IMG/VR virus record: IMGVR_UViG_3300046028_008994
DNA length: 64,000 nucleotides
DNA from: a virus
Direction: 5' to 3' (one strand)
Part shown: one piece after another, positions 9,597-18,177 of the stretch
How positions within the stretch are numbered: position 1 is the stretch's first letter
Layout of the letters: each line of letters begins with the position of its first letter
Position numbers and translations under genes: made by a program
Notes under the pieces: generated by a model
Database searches by the model: none
Told to the model about the DNA's origin: nothing
The model's input: only the letters and a program-made list of their open reading frames with translations

Positions 9597-10070
9597 ATGA
9601 ATACATCTGAATTACAACAACTTATTAGAGAAATACTTTCTGAAAAAAAAGTAAAACGAGACAGATGTCTTCGTATTGCTGATCGTAAGTTTGATAAACC
9701 ATCAGCTTACAAATCAGGAGCTGTTGTAAGATGTCGCGCTGGAAAAATTTGGAAAGATATAAAAGAAACAGACGATCCTCAATCAGGTAAAGCAGCACCA
9801 TATGGATCAGGATATGCTAAGGTTGAAGAAGAATTAATTCTTGAAAAAGTAAAAGAAACACTTAGAACTTGGTTTTCTCGTAAAGGTGCTCCTGGTAAAA
9901 CAGGTGGGTGGGTTGATTGTAATGCTCCAATTAGAAAAGATGGTAAAATAACTGGTTACAAACCTTGTGGAAGACAAAAAGGCGAAAAACGAGCATATCC
10001 AGCTTGCAGACCAACTCCAGCAGGATGTAAAGCAAAAGGTAAAGGTACTAAATGGGGTAAAACAAAATGA
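9597..10070 (+). CDS. tagged modular protein of short basic Cys-rich modules (start revised to 9597)
   Basis: MNTSELQQLIREILSE tag; DPQSGKAAPYGSGY module; GGWVDC..PCGR..YPACRP. Confidence 0.6.
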   Translation: MNTSELQQLIREILSEKKVKRDRCLRIADRKFDKPSAYKSGAVVRCRAGKIWKDIKETDDPQSGKAAPYGSGYAKVEEELILEKVKETLRTWFSRKGAPGKTGGWVDCNAPIRKDGKITGYKPCGRQKGEKRAYPACRPTPAGCKAKGKGTKWGKTK

Positions 10071-11089
10071 TAAAACTATTAGATATATTAAATGAGGTTT
10101 TATCTGAAAATGATCCTAAAAAAGGAACAGGTAAAAAACCTAAAGGATCAGGTCGTCGTTTATACACAGATGAAAATCCAAAAGATACTGTATCTATTAA
10201 ATTTAAAACTAAAGAAGATATAGTTGATACATTAAATAAAGATTCATTTAAATCTAAACCACATGCTCGTCAATCACAAATTATTAATTTAATTCATCAA
10301 CGAGTAAGAGCAGCATATGGTAAAGCAAAAGATCCTGAAGTAAAATCTAGATTAAAACGTGCTTTAGATTATATTGAAAAACGTAAAGAATCATCTAAAG
10401 CTAAAACACAACGTTTAAATAAAGTAAAAGAAACAGCAGACCCACAATCAGGTAAAGCAGCACCATATGGTTCTGGTTATGCTCCTGTTAAAAATAAAAA
10501 TATAAATGAGTTAAGACAAGGTCTTTTAGATTATTTAAAACAACAACTTCCAAATTTCCCTGATTATGTTATAAAGGATTGGATTTATAAAATGATTAAA
10601 AAAGATGATAATATCAACACAGCCGAAGGTATTCAGGATTGGATTGATAGTCAACTTAAAGATTTAAAATGGGAGACTAAGACAAACTTTCCTATAACAA
10701 TGGATATTTTTGGTAATAAAACTCAACAAGAATTAAAATCAAGAATTGGAGGGGAAATTAGACAAGATGTAGGTAAGGATATTGAAAGACACAATACACA
10801 ACAAAAATTATTAAAAAGTCAAGGAATATCTAAAGAACCTATTATTATATTTAAAACTAAAGATGGTAAATATGAATTAGGAGAAGGCTGGCATAGAACT
10901 ACACAAGCATTTAAAATGTATCCTGAAGGTTTTATTCAACCTAATGTTTATATTGGTTTAAATGCTAAATGGTTAAATGAAATGTTAGAAGAAGATATAC
11001 TTACTGAAAAATGTTGGAAAGGATATACTCAAAAAGGTATGAAAACAATGTTTGGTAAAAAATATCCAAATTGTGTAAAAATAAAATGA
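10067..11089 (+). CDS. tagged modular protein with ParB/Srx-like domain
   Basis: MIKLLDILNEVLSE tag; EPIII...YELGEGWHR ParB-like motif; terminal KCWKGY...PNCVK module. Confidence 0.6.
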   Translation: MIKLLDILNEVLSENDPKKGTGKKPKGSGRRLYTDENPKDTVSIKFKTKEDIVDTLNKDSFKSKPHARQSQIINLIHQRVRAAYGKAKDPEVKSRLKRALDYIEKRKESSKAKTQRLNKVKETADPQSGKAAPYGSGYAPVKNKNINELRQGLLDYLKQQLPNFPDYVIKDWIYKMIKKDDNINTAEGIQDWIDSQLKDLKWETKTNFPITMDIFGNKTQQELKSRIGGEIRQDVGKDIERHNTQQKLLKSQGISKEPIIIFKTKDGKYELGEGWHRTTQAFKMYPEGFIQPNVYIGLNAKWLNEMLEEDILTEKCWKGYTQKGMKTMFGKKYPNCVKIK

Positions 11090-11412
11090 TAAAATTATTA
11101 GATATATTAAAAGAAGCTAAAAAACTTAAAGAAACTTTTGAGGAATTTGCTAAAAAACGTGGTGAAGGTGCTGCTAAAATAGCTTCAAATGCTGAAGAAA
11201 AAGGTGGTTTAGCATTATTAACTTGGCACCACTTTAAAGTTAAAGCTCCTTATTATAAAAAAGCAACTAACGGTAAATTTGATAAAGAAGTTGCTACAAA
11301 AGAATTTGAACAAACACTTAAAAAAATATCTTTAAACATGACACCAATTGAATTTCAAAGAGAAGTTGGTCGTTTAGAGGTATTAGGTGAATTACTAATA
11401 AGAGAAAAATAA
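11086..11412 (+). CDS. tagged small protein (start revised to 11086)
   Basis: MIKLLDILKE tag; ATGA overlap with the upstream gene. Confidence 0.6.
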   Translation: MIKLLDILKEAKKLKETFEEFAKKRGEGAAKIASNAEEKGGLALLTWHHFKVKAPYYKKATNGKFDKEVATKEFEQTLKKISLNMTPIEFQREVGRLEVLGELLIREK

Positions 11413-12029
11413 TGTTAAATGAAAATATTCCTTATTTTAAATGTTTAATAAGACGCTCTCATTATACTCATAATTCTAAAGATAATAACATTTTTGATAA
11501 TGCCTATGTTTTTGGAATACAATCTATTACAGGTAAAATACTAACCTTTCATATTATGACAGATTTTGGAATGGTAAGAAGTAGAGTCCCCATTTCAGAA
11601 CTTTTTATAAAAGAACCAACTAAAGATATTCCTTTCTATTATAAACAATTATGGGATTGTTTTAGTGAAAATGTATCTGTTACAAAATATTCATTTTTAC
11701 TAGAAAAAAGATGCCAGGTTATTTTAAGAAATAAAACTAAAGTTTGGGCTACTTATTTATTTACTGTAGATTGGTACGATAATCCATATTCTGACGAACC
11801 TACTGATTATAAAGCAGGTCATGTTTTAGTAGCAGATGGTGGTTATCTTTTATGTATGCCTAATAATAGAATTTATTGGAGAGATTCAAATTGGGTTACA
11901 TCTGAATTTCCATTAAATGTTAAAGACATAAAAGTAGATAAATATTTACTCTCAGTAGAATCAGTAGCAGATAAATGGATAACTGAAGACACAGATTCTT
12001 ATTATTACGATATAAATGAAACTGTATAA
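11412..12029 (+). CDS. hypothetical phage protein
   Basis: Intact coupled ORF; QLWDCFS, YLFTVDW, MPNNRI motifs. Confidence 0.65.
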   Translation: MLNENIPYFKCLIRRSHYTHNSKDNNIFDNAYVFGIQSITGKILTFHIMTDFGMVRSRVPISELFIKEPTKDIPFYYKQLWDCFSENVSVTKYSFLLEKRCQVILRNKTKVWATYLFTVDWYDNPYSDEPTDYKAGHVLVADGGYLLCMPNNRIYWRDSNWVTSEFPLNVKDIKVDKYLLSVESVADKWITEDTDSYYYDINETV

Positions 12030-12054
12030 AAAAGATAATAATCAAAATTTTTGT

Positions 12055-12064
12055 AATATTTATA
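12055..12064 (+). promoter_or_regulatory. late-gene motif AATATTTATA
   Basis: 3 nt before ATG 12068. Confidence 0.7.
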
Positions 12065-12067
12065 AGC

Positions 12068-12394
12068 ATGATCAAGTTTATAGACATCATTCGTGAATCA
12101 ACAAATCCTAACATATATTTAGTATATTGTAGAATTGTTGTTAACAGTGATGCAAGACCCATGCAAGAAATATTATCGGATATTAGAGCTATTCCTGGTG
12201 TTACTATTGTAGATATAGTAGATGCTGATGATGAAACACACGGTATAAGACACGTTGTTGATCTTAGCTTAAAAATTGATCCATCTCCATTTGAACCATT
12301 TGATGGAAAATCTTATTCAAAAATATTAGCAGGTATCAAAAGAATACCATCTATATACACAGCCAAATTTACATCAACTCCAACAACAGTATAA
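12068..12394 (+). CDS. tagged small protein, possible ferredoxin-like (ACT/Lrp-type) fold
   Basis: MIKFIDIIRE tag; ILSDIRAIPGVTIV pattern. Confidence 0.55.
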   Translation: MIKFIDIIRESTNPNIYLVYCRIVVNSDARPMQEILSDIRAIPGVTIVDIVDADDETHGIRHVVDLSLKIDPSPFEPFDGKSYSKILAGIKRIPSIYTAKFTSTPTTV

Positions 12395-12399
12395 TAAAA

Positions 12400-15069
12400 A
12401 TGAGTTTAAAACAAACAACATCCCCAATATACAAATTTATAACACACGTTGCAAGTAATTTATATCCATTACTTGAATATGCAGAAAATGTAATATTAAA
12501 ATACATTGAAAAATTTAAAGAAGAAGCAGATGACTTAAATATAACAATATCAGATAATCAACTGAGAAAATACATTGAGCGTTTTGATCAAATAAAAAAT
12601 TCACCTAAAATTACTGATAAAGAATTACGTAATTACACTTTATCTCAATTAATAAAATTAATAACATCTTCTGAAGGTGTTAATAGTGGAGATGATGAGA
12701 TAGAAAACACACCAGATGTTGTTTATAATGAAGGTGGTAAAACTATATATAATGGTTCTAAAGAAGGTAATTGCCTACTGTATGGTAGGGGTGAAAGATG
12801 GTGTATTACTAGAGGATCATATGGTAATTATAGATATAGTAGAGATAGAGGATATCCAACATTTTATTTAGCTAAAAATGAAAATTTACCTAGCTCTAAT
12901 AAATTAAGTTTTGTTGCTATACAAGTTAGAGATACACCTCAGGAAACTAATAGATATGTTTATACTAATAGAGATAATAGTCCAAATGAATCATCACCTA
13001 TGGATTTTAGTAAACTAATGAGTGAAATTCCTTGGTTAGCAGATATTCCAAATATTAAAAATATATTAAAATACATTCCTTTAAAATCATCAGAAAAATT
13101 AAATCAACTATATAAAGACAACCCAATAAATATAAGAGAATGGCTAAAATTAGAATTTTCAGCTAAAAAACAATATCTTGTTGTTAGAAAAGGTAAAGAA
13201 ATGTTTGATGATGTTTCTAATAATGAGTTTATTTCTAAATACTTACCTAAATTTCCACAATTAGCTAATTTTATTGCTATTACTCCTGGTATTTTTGATA
13301 GTGATGAATTATTAAAAAATTTAGATAGCTTTTCAAGTAATGATAGAAGATCAGTTACTGCAAATTTACAAAATTCTATAAGTTTAAATTATTTACCAAA
13401 AGATTTTTTCTCATTTGATGTTAAAAAATTAATAACTACTTTAAAGAAATGGGATATTAATGGTGATCAAAGAATATATATTACTGAAGATGGTAGTACA
13501 ATTGTATTATTAACTTTAGGTGAAAATATTAGAATGGGTTTATATCAAGCAGATGATGATTATCCTAATGTTAAATTAAATAAAAGAACATCCAAATACT
13601 TATTAGAATACCCTGAATTAGATAAAATCCCCTTTCAGAACTTAATAGATTTAGCATCTGAAGGTGTTGTTGATAAAAGTGTATTAGGTGCTGTTTTAGA
13701 ACAAGCAAAAACAAATCCAAATTCGTCAATTGTTGTTAAAGAAATAGATGGTAAACAAATCTTAATAGATGCAAATTCATTTCTTTCTTATAAAATAGAA
13801 GGAGATACAATAACTAGAGTTCCATTTAATGACGAAGATGTACAAACAGCATTTGCACAAGAAGAAAATAATAAAGGATTTCAAGAATCAGCATTAAATA
13901 TATTTAAAAATGAAGAAGATATTCCAGGAACTATAAATAAGGAAGGTTTAGCATCAATTGTTAATGCAACACCATACAATGAAAGAACATTCACAACAGA
14001 AGAGACTAATGGCCCGGCTGTATTATTAACAATACCAGGTGATGAAGCCCCAAATTTCTTTACAATTAATACAAATGGTGGAACTAACTCTTATTTAATA
14101 ATGCCAACTGTGTATATTGGTAGTAATAATAATTGGAGACTTTTTAATAGAAATAGAAAGGCTGTTAGTAACTCTGAGCAAATACAAGCTATTATTAATT
14201 ACTTAAGAGGATCAGGTAAAACACTAAATGATGAATCATTATTAAATACTTTAAGAGCATCACAATATTATGAACCTGAAGTAGATATTGTTAAACAATT
14301 TGTACGATTAAACCCACCACTAGCAGCTGAAAATAGATACAGACCAGTAATATTTAATGATACATTACTTATTATTAATACTGCTAATCCAAGAGAAAGT
14401 TTACAACTTTCAGATAGAAGTGGTAAATTAGTTAAAGCTAATATATCACCTGCTCAAGCATCACGATTAATAGGTACTACGGCACCAGCAGCACAAGGGG
14501 CAGGTGAACGAGTAGCCACTCCAGTAGCAGGTACTGGTAGAAGAGGCAGACCAGCAGGCGTACCTAATGCTCCTGTAGCTCCAGCAGCAAACGTCCCAGC
14601 AGGTCAAGGTGAATCTGTAGCAGGAATTATGGCAAACTATGAATTAGGAAATGGATTTACTCAATTACCGGGTCGTTCATTTACTAGATTAAATACAAAC
14701 ACAGGAGTTGGACAACAAATAACTAATAATAGAGGTGCTACTCGTCGTAATAATTTATTAGGAAATAATGGTCGTGTAGTAAGAAACATTTCAGTAGGCC
14801 CAAGTGATATTTATATAATTAGATTAGCCAATGGTTCAAATGTAGCATCAGTTGTAGTACAACCAGGTAACTTACATTACTTAATTACTTCAACAAATGC
14901 TATCTCTTTAAATTCACCCGCTGAATTATTAAATGCTTTACAACAAAGAAATTTAGCAGAAGCAAGAGGATACATAATGAATGAATATTTAGAACGGAAT
15001 CCACAACATAAAAACGAATTTAAAGAATTAATTAAAAAAACCATAACCGAAAAACAAACCAACAAATAA
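12400..15069 (+). CDS. large multidomain putative internal protein with AT-hook
   Basis: GERWCITRG (PcfJ-like WC motif, tentative); GRRGRP AT-hook in a Pro/Ala linker; tag-like C-terminus EFKELIKKTITE. Confidence 0.55.
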   Translation: MSLKQTTSPIYKFITHVASNLYPLLEYAENVILKYIEKFKEEADDLNITISDNQLRKYIERFDQIKNSPKITDKELRNYTLSQLIKLITSSEGVNSGDDEIENTPDVVYNEGGKTIYNGSKEGNCLLYGRGERWCITRGSYGNYRYSRDRGYPTFYLAKNENLPSSNKLSFVAIQVRDTPQETNRYVYTNRDNSPNESSPMDFSKLMSEIPWLADIPNIKNILKYIPLKSSEKLNQLYKDNPINIREWLKLEFSAKKQYLVVRKGKEMFDDVSNNEFISKYLPKFPQLANFIAITPGIFDSDELLKNLDSFSSNDRRSVTANLQNSISLNYLPKDFFSFDVKKLITTLKKWDINGDQRIYITEDGSTIVLLTLGENIRMGLYQADDDYPNVKLNKRTSKYLLEYPELDKIPFQNLIDLASEGVVDKSVLGAVLEQAKTNPNSSIVVKEIDGKQILIDANSFLSYKIEGDTITRVPFNDEDVQTAFAQEENNKGFQESALNIFKNEEDIPGTINKEGLASIVNATPYNERTFTTEETNGPAVLLTIPGDEAPNFFTINTNGGTNSYLIMPTVYIGSNNNWRLFNRNRKAVSNSEQIQAIINYLRGSGKTLNDESLLNTLRASQYYEPEVDIVKQFVRLNPPLAAENRYRPVIFNDTLLIINTANPRESLQLSDRSGKLVKANISPAQASRLIGTTAPAAQGAGERVATPVAGTGRRGRPAGVPNAPVAPAANVPAGQGESVAGIMANYELGNGFTQLPGRSFTRLNTNTGVGQQITNNRGATRRNNLLGNNGRVVRNISVGPSDIYIIRLANGSNVASVVVQPGNLHYLITSTNAISLNSPAELLNALQQRNLAEARGYIMNEYLERNPQHKNEFKELIKKTITEKQTNK

Positions 15070-15070
15070 T

Positions 15071-15517
15071 ATGAAAATTAAAGATTTAAGACAAATAATT
15101 AGAGAAGAAATCAAAAGTGTGTTGAGTGAAAATCAACCTGCTCCTGCTAAACCACGTGAAACCCCTGGTAGAGAAGTAGCTGAACCGGGAACTAAACCAG
15201 GTAAAGAGGAAAAACGTAGAAAATTAGGTAATCCTAATGTTAAACCAGCTCCTAAAGCTAAAGCTACACTTAAAGAAGCAGATATTATATCTAAAATTAC
15301 AAAAAGATTTAAAAGTAAACAAATGGATGAGCTTTTAACTTTGGGTGATGATAATGATTCCAAAAAATCAGATTCAAAAGCAAAACCTTTATATACTGAT
15401 AAAGAAATAGAGGCAATGACTCCACAACAAGCAAAAGCAGCCATTAATAAAGGAATATGGAATGTCCCAGCTAATTCAAATGTACTTAAAAAATTAAGAG
15501 AAAAATCAAAACAATAA
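15071..15517 (+). CDS. tagged protein with Pro/Lys-rich module
   Basis: MKIKDLRQIIREEIKSVLSE tag. Confidence 0.6.
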   Translation: MKIKDLRQIIREEIKSVLSENQPAPAKPRETPGREVAEPGTKPGKEEKRRKLGNPNVKPAPKAKATLKEADIISKITKRFKSKQMDELLTLGDDNDSKKSDSKAKPLYTDKEIEAMTPQQAKAAINKGIWNVPANSNVLKKLREKSKQ

Positions 15518-17235
15518 TGATTAATTTACTAGAAGCAGAATACGAAGATATTTTTCGTCCTGAAACAATGGCAGCCTTAAAAGGCAAATCAGGTGAATCA
15601 TTAAGACAAATGCTTGGAAACAAGGAATTAATGCAAACCCTTATAAGATCTAAAGAAGTATTAAATGACATAATAGCAGCAGAAAAAGGATATCATGATT
15701 TACTAGAAGGAATAGCAATAGAAATGGTAACTCAAGCTTATCCAATTATTGATTATGCTAATATTAAAATAGATGCTAAAATAGGAGGAGATATAGGTAG
15801 TGGAGAACCATCAGATGATGAACCTTCACTAGAAATTCCAGCAGAAGCCGAAAAAGCAAGACGTCGTATTATTAATGGTATTACTCAAGGTGCATCAATT
15901 AGAGGAGCATTTGCTTTTTATTTATTTAGAGAATATCTTGATATGATGGATGATACTTTAGTAGATAGATATAATGAAATATTAAAATTAGTATTTGGTA
16001 TATATGATGATGAAAATGCTATTGCTATGATGTTAGCTGCTTTAGCACAAGGTCAAAAAATGCAAGGTGGTGAAAGTGAAGTTGAATATGATGAAGAAAA
16101 TGAGCAATTTGTTATTAAAGCACGTGCACTTTGTTTTCCAATGTTAGTACATGAAATTGTAAAAGGATTGTATGAAATAGTAGGAACTGAAGGATTTGGA
16201 ACTGATAAAGAAAAAAATAAAGCTATTGTTGGTGCTGTAGATAAAGTATCAAATGAGCCTAACGATTTTCGATTCGGAAAATTCATATATGACGCGATAA
16301 CAAAGTTATATAATGAGAGTAACTTAGATGACAATAGAATACGTGAATTATTTTTTGCATCGCTATATAAACTAGGAGATGATGAATTTTTTCCATTTGT
16401 AGAAAATGCTGTTAATGATCAATTAACACCTGAACAAAAAAGATGGGCATTGGGTGAAATGAAAGATATTGAAAAAGATCTTAAAAAAGATGATACTGGT
16501 TTAAGTGGATTAGATGAAGGACAAATAGATGAAATAAAAGGAAAAAACATTGCTGTAGGTGATATTTTTACATTATCTGCTGATTTGGGTAAATTTAAAA
16601 ACGGAAATAAAGTTAGAGTATCATCAAAAACCCCATCCGGTGGTGATATTAAATTAATATTATCTAGTATTGATGGTAAAATTAAAGACATATTTTTCTT
16701 AGATAAAAATGATGAATTTGAAGGTCTAGATGAAAATGAAAATAATGAACTTGAAGGATCTAATGAACCGGCTCCAACCCCATCAACCCCACCAGGTGAA
16801 ATTAGTGCTGAAGAAGCTAAACGTTTAATAAAAGATACAAACGGTAAAATTTTCACAGCAACATTTAATAAAAAGGATGGTACTGAAAGAGTAATGAATG
16901 CTCGTTTAGGTGTAAAAAAATATTTAAAAGGAGGAACATTAGCTTATGACGCTGAATCTAAAGGTTTAATTCCTGTTTATGATATGCAATATAAAGAAAA
17001 TCCAGAAAAAGCATATAGAACAATTAATGTTAATACACTTACTAAATTAAAAATAGGAAAAAATATATATACAGTAACATCTTCAGTAACAGAAAATACT
17101 ATCGTTGAAGGTAAAGCAAAAGAACTATTTGATGAAATACTTGAATTAATAAGAAAACGTACTCGTGAGATGAATGATGATGACGCTTTTGAATTTCATG
17201 AAAAATTAAAAACTTGGATTAATAAGTTAATATAA
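15517..17235 (+). CDS. tagged multidomain protein (helical domain + SH3/WYL-like modules)
   Basis: MINLLE; LVHEIVKG; IFTATFNKKDGTERVMNARLG...VYD...YRTIN SH3-fold pattern; modules bounded by LDE/IDE/VTE. Confidence 0.55.
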   Translation: MINLLEAEYEDIFRPETMAALKGKSGESLRQMLGNKELMQTLIRSKEVLNDIIAAEKGYHDLLEGIAIEMVTQAYPIIDYANIKIDAKIGGDIGSGEPSDDEPSLEIPAEAEKARRRIINGITQGASIRGAFAFYLFREYLDMMDDTLVDRYNEILKLVFGIYDDENAIAMMLAALAQGQKMQGGESEVEYDEENEQFVIKARALCFPMLVHEIVKGLYEIVGTEGFGTDKEKNKAIVGAVDKVSNEPNDFRFGKFIYDAITKLYNESNLDDNRIRELFFASLYKLGDDEFFPFVENAVNDQLTPEQKRWALGEMKDIEKDLKKDDTGLSGLDEGQIDEIKGKNIAVGDIFTLSADLGKFKNGNKVRVSSKTPSGGDIKLILSSIDGKIKDIFFLDKNDEFEGLDENENNELEGSNEPAPTPSTPPGEISAEEAKRLIKDTNGKIFTATFNKKDGTERVMNARLGVKKYLKGGTLAYDAESKGLIPVYDMQYKENPEKAYRTINVNTLTKLKIGKNIYTVTSSVTENTIVEGKAKELFDEILELIRKRTREMNDDDAFEFHEKLKTWINKLI

Positions 17236-17239
17236 TAAA

Positions 17240-18049
17240 ATGATTAGTTTAGTTGAAATTTTAAAGGAATTAGGACAGCGTAAGCATTACACTGAAAGAA
17301 AATTTCAACGAACAAATATATCTAGAATAAAAATCCCTGATGAAGCTTATGGTGGTTATGATGTCAAAGAAACTAACATTAAATTAATAAGTATTTTAAA
17401 AAAAGAAATACTTGATAGATTGAATAATCTAGAAAAAATAAATATAGTATCGTCCTTTAAATATTATGTTGGATATAGAGTATTTAAACCAATATTAATT
17501 AGTAATGGTAAAAAATATCCTATTGTTATGTATGTAGATTATCAAGAAAAAAATAAAGAAAGAAAAAAATACGGAGATTTATATTATGCTGTAGTAAATA
17601 AAGATGAACTTATTACCTTAATTTTAAGTAGTGATATTAGTAATACTGAATTAGAACATAGAATAGCACATAATCTTGAAATAGAACAAGAAATTCGTAA
17701 TGCTAATGTTAAAATTATAGAATCATCAAATTATGATTATATTATAGATCTTGATAAATTATATGGAAAAAGTCAACAAGTAAATAAAACACCGTCAAAA
17801 GACTCAGTAGAATACAAAGTTAATATGGCTTATAGAAAAGATACTAGTTTTAATCATAAAATTTATGGAGAAGGAGTAGTAGTAGATACATCAAATGGAA
17901 AAGCGGGAATGGGAGATGCTAGAGGAAAATTAGATTGGGTAGATGTAGATTTTAAAAACTCAAAACCAGTACTTAAAGGAGGAAAATTAACAACAATAAA
18001 AAGAATATCTCCAGTATATACTAAAAAATATTTTGATAATCTCCAATAA
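17240..18049 (+). CDS. tagged protein, possible nuclease/toxin-like domain
   Basis: MISLVEILKE tag followed by HYTERKFQR (H-x-x-E-R-x-x-x-R). Confidence 0.5.
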   Translation: MISLVEILKELGQRKHYTERKFQRTNISRIKIPDEAYGGYDVKETNIKLISILKKEILDRLNNLEKINIVSSFKYYVGYRVFKPILISNGKKYPIVMYVDYQEKNKERKKYGDLYYAVVNKDELITLILSSDISNTELEHRIAHNLEIEQEIRNANVKIIESSNYDYIIDLDKLYGKSQQVNKTPSKDSVEYKVNMAYRKDTSFNHKIYGEGVVVDTSNGKAGMGDARGKLDWVDVDFKNSKPVLKGGKLTTIKRISPVYTKKYFDNLQ

Positions 18050-18055
18050 ACTAAA

Positions 18056-18065
18056 CATATTTATA
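18056..18065 (+). promoter_or_regulatory. late-gene motif CATATTTATA with no downstream ORF before the terminator
   Basis: Matches the motif; next ATG lies beyond a strong terminator. Confidence 0.6.
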
Positions 18066-18159
18066 ATTAAATAAACTACAGAACAGATTTATAGCCTGTT
18101 CGATTAAACAAAAATTTTAAGAGAGCTGTAACCTCAATTTTGGGTTACAGTTTTTTTTT
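18066..18159 (+). ncRNA. candidate ~90 nt small RNA
   Basis: Bounded by the late motif and a terminator; no ATG; hairpin GAACAG(18081-86)/CTGTTC(18096-101). Confidence 0.45.
18125..18159 (+). terminator. intrinsic terminator
   Basis: CTGTAACC/GGTTACAG stem followed by T9. Confidence 0.88.
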
Positions 18160-18167
18160 CGTATATT
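18139..18167 (+). promoter_or_regulatory. Bacteroidota sigma70-like promoter for the oxidoreductase
   Basis: TTTG(18139-42)-N19-TATATT(18162-67). Confidence 0.55.
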
Positions 18168-18177
18168 AATATAAAGT

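Noticed and set aside
18050-18177. tRNA gene in this or other intergenic gaps
   Set aside because: A GTTCGA occurs at about 18098, but no cloverleaf with acceptor stem and D arm can be built. No tRNA was seen elsewhere.
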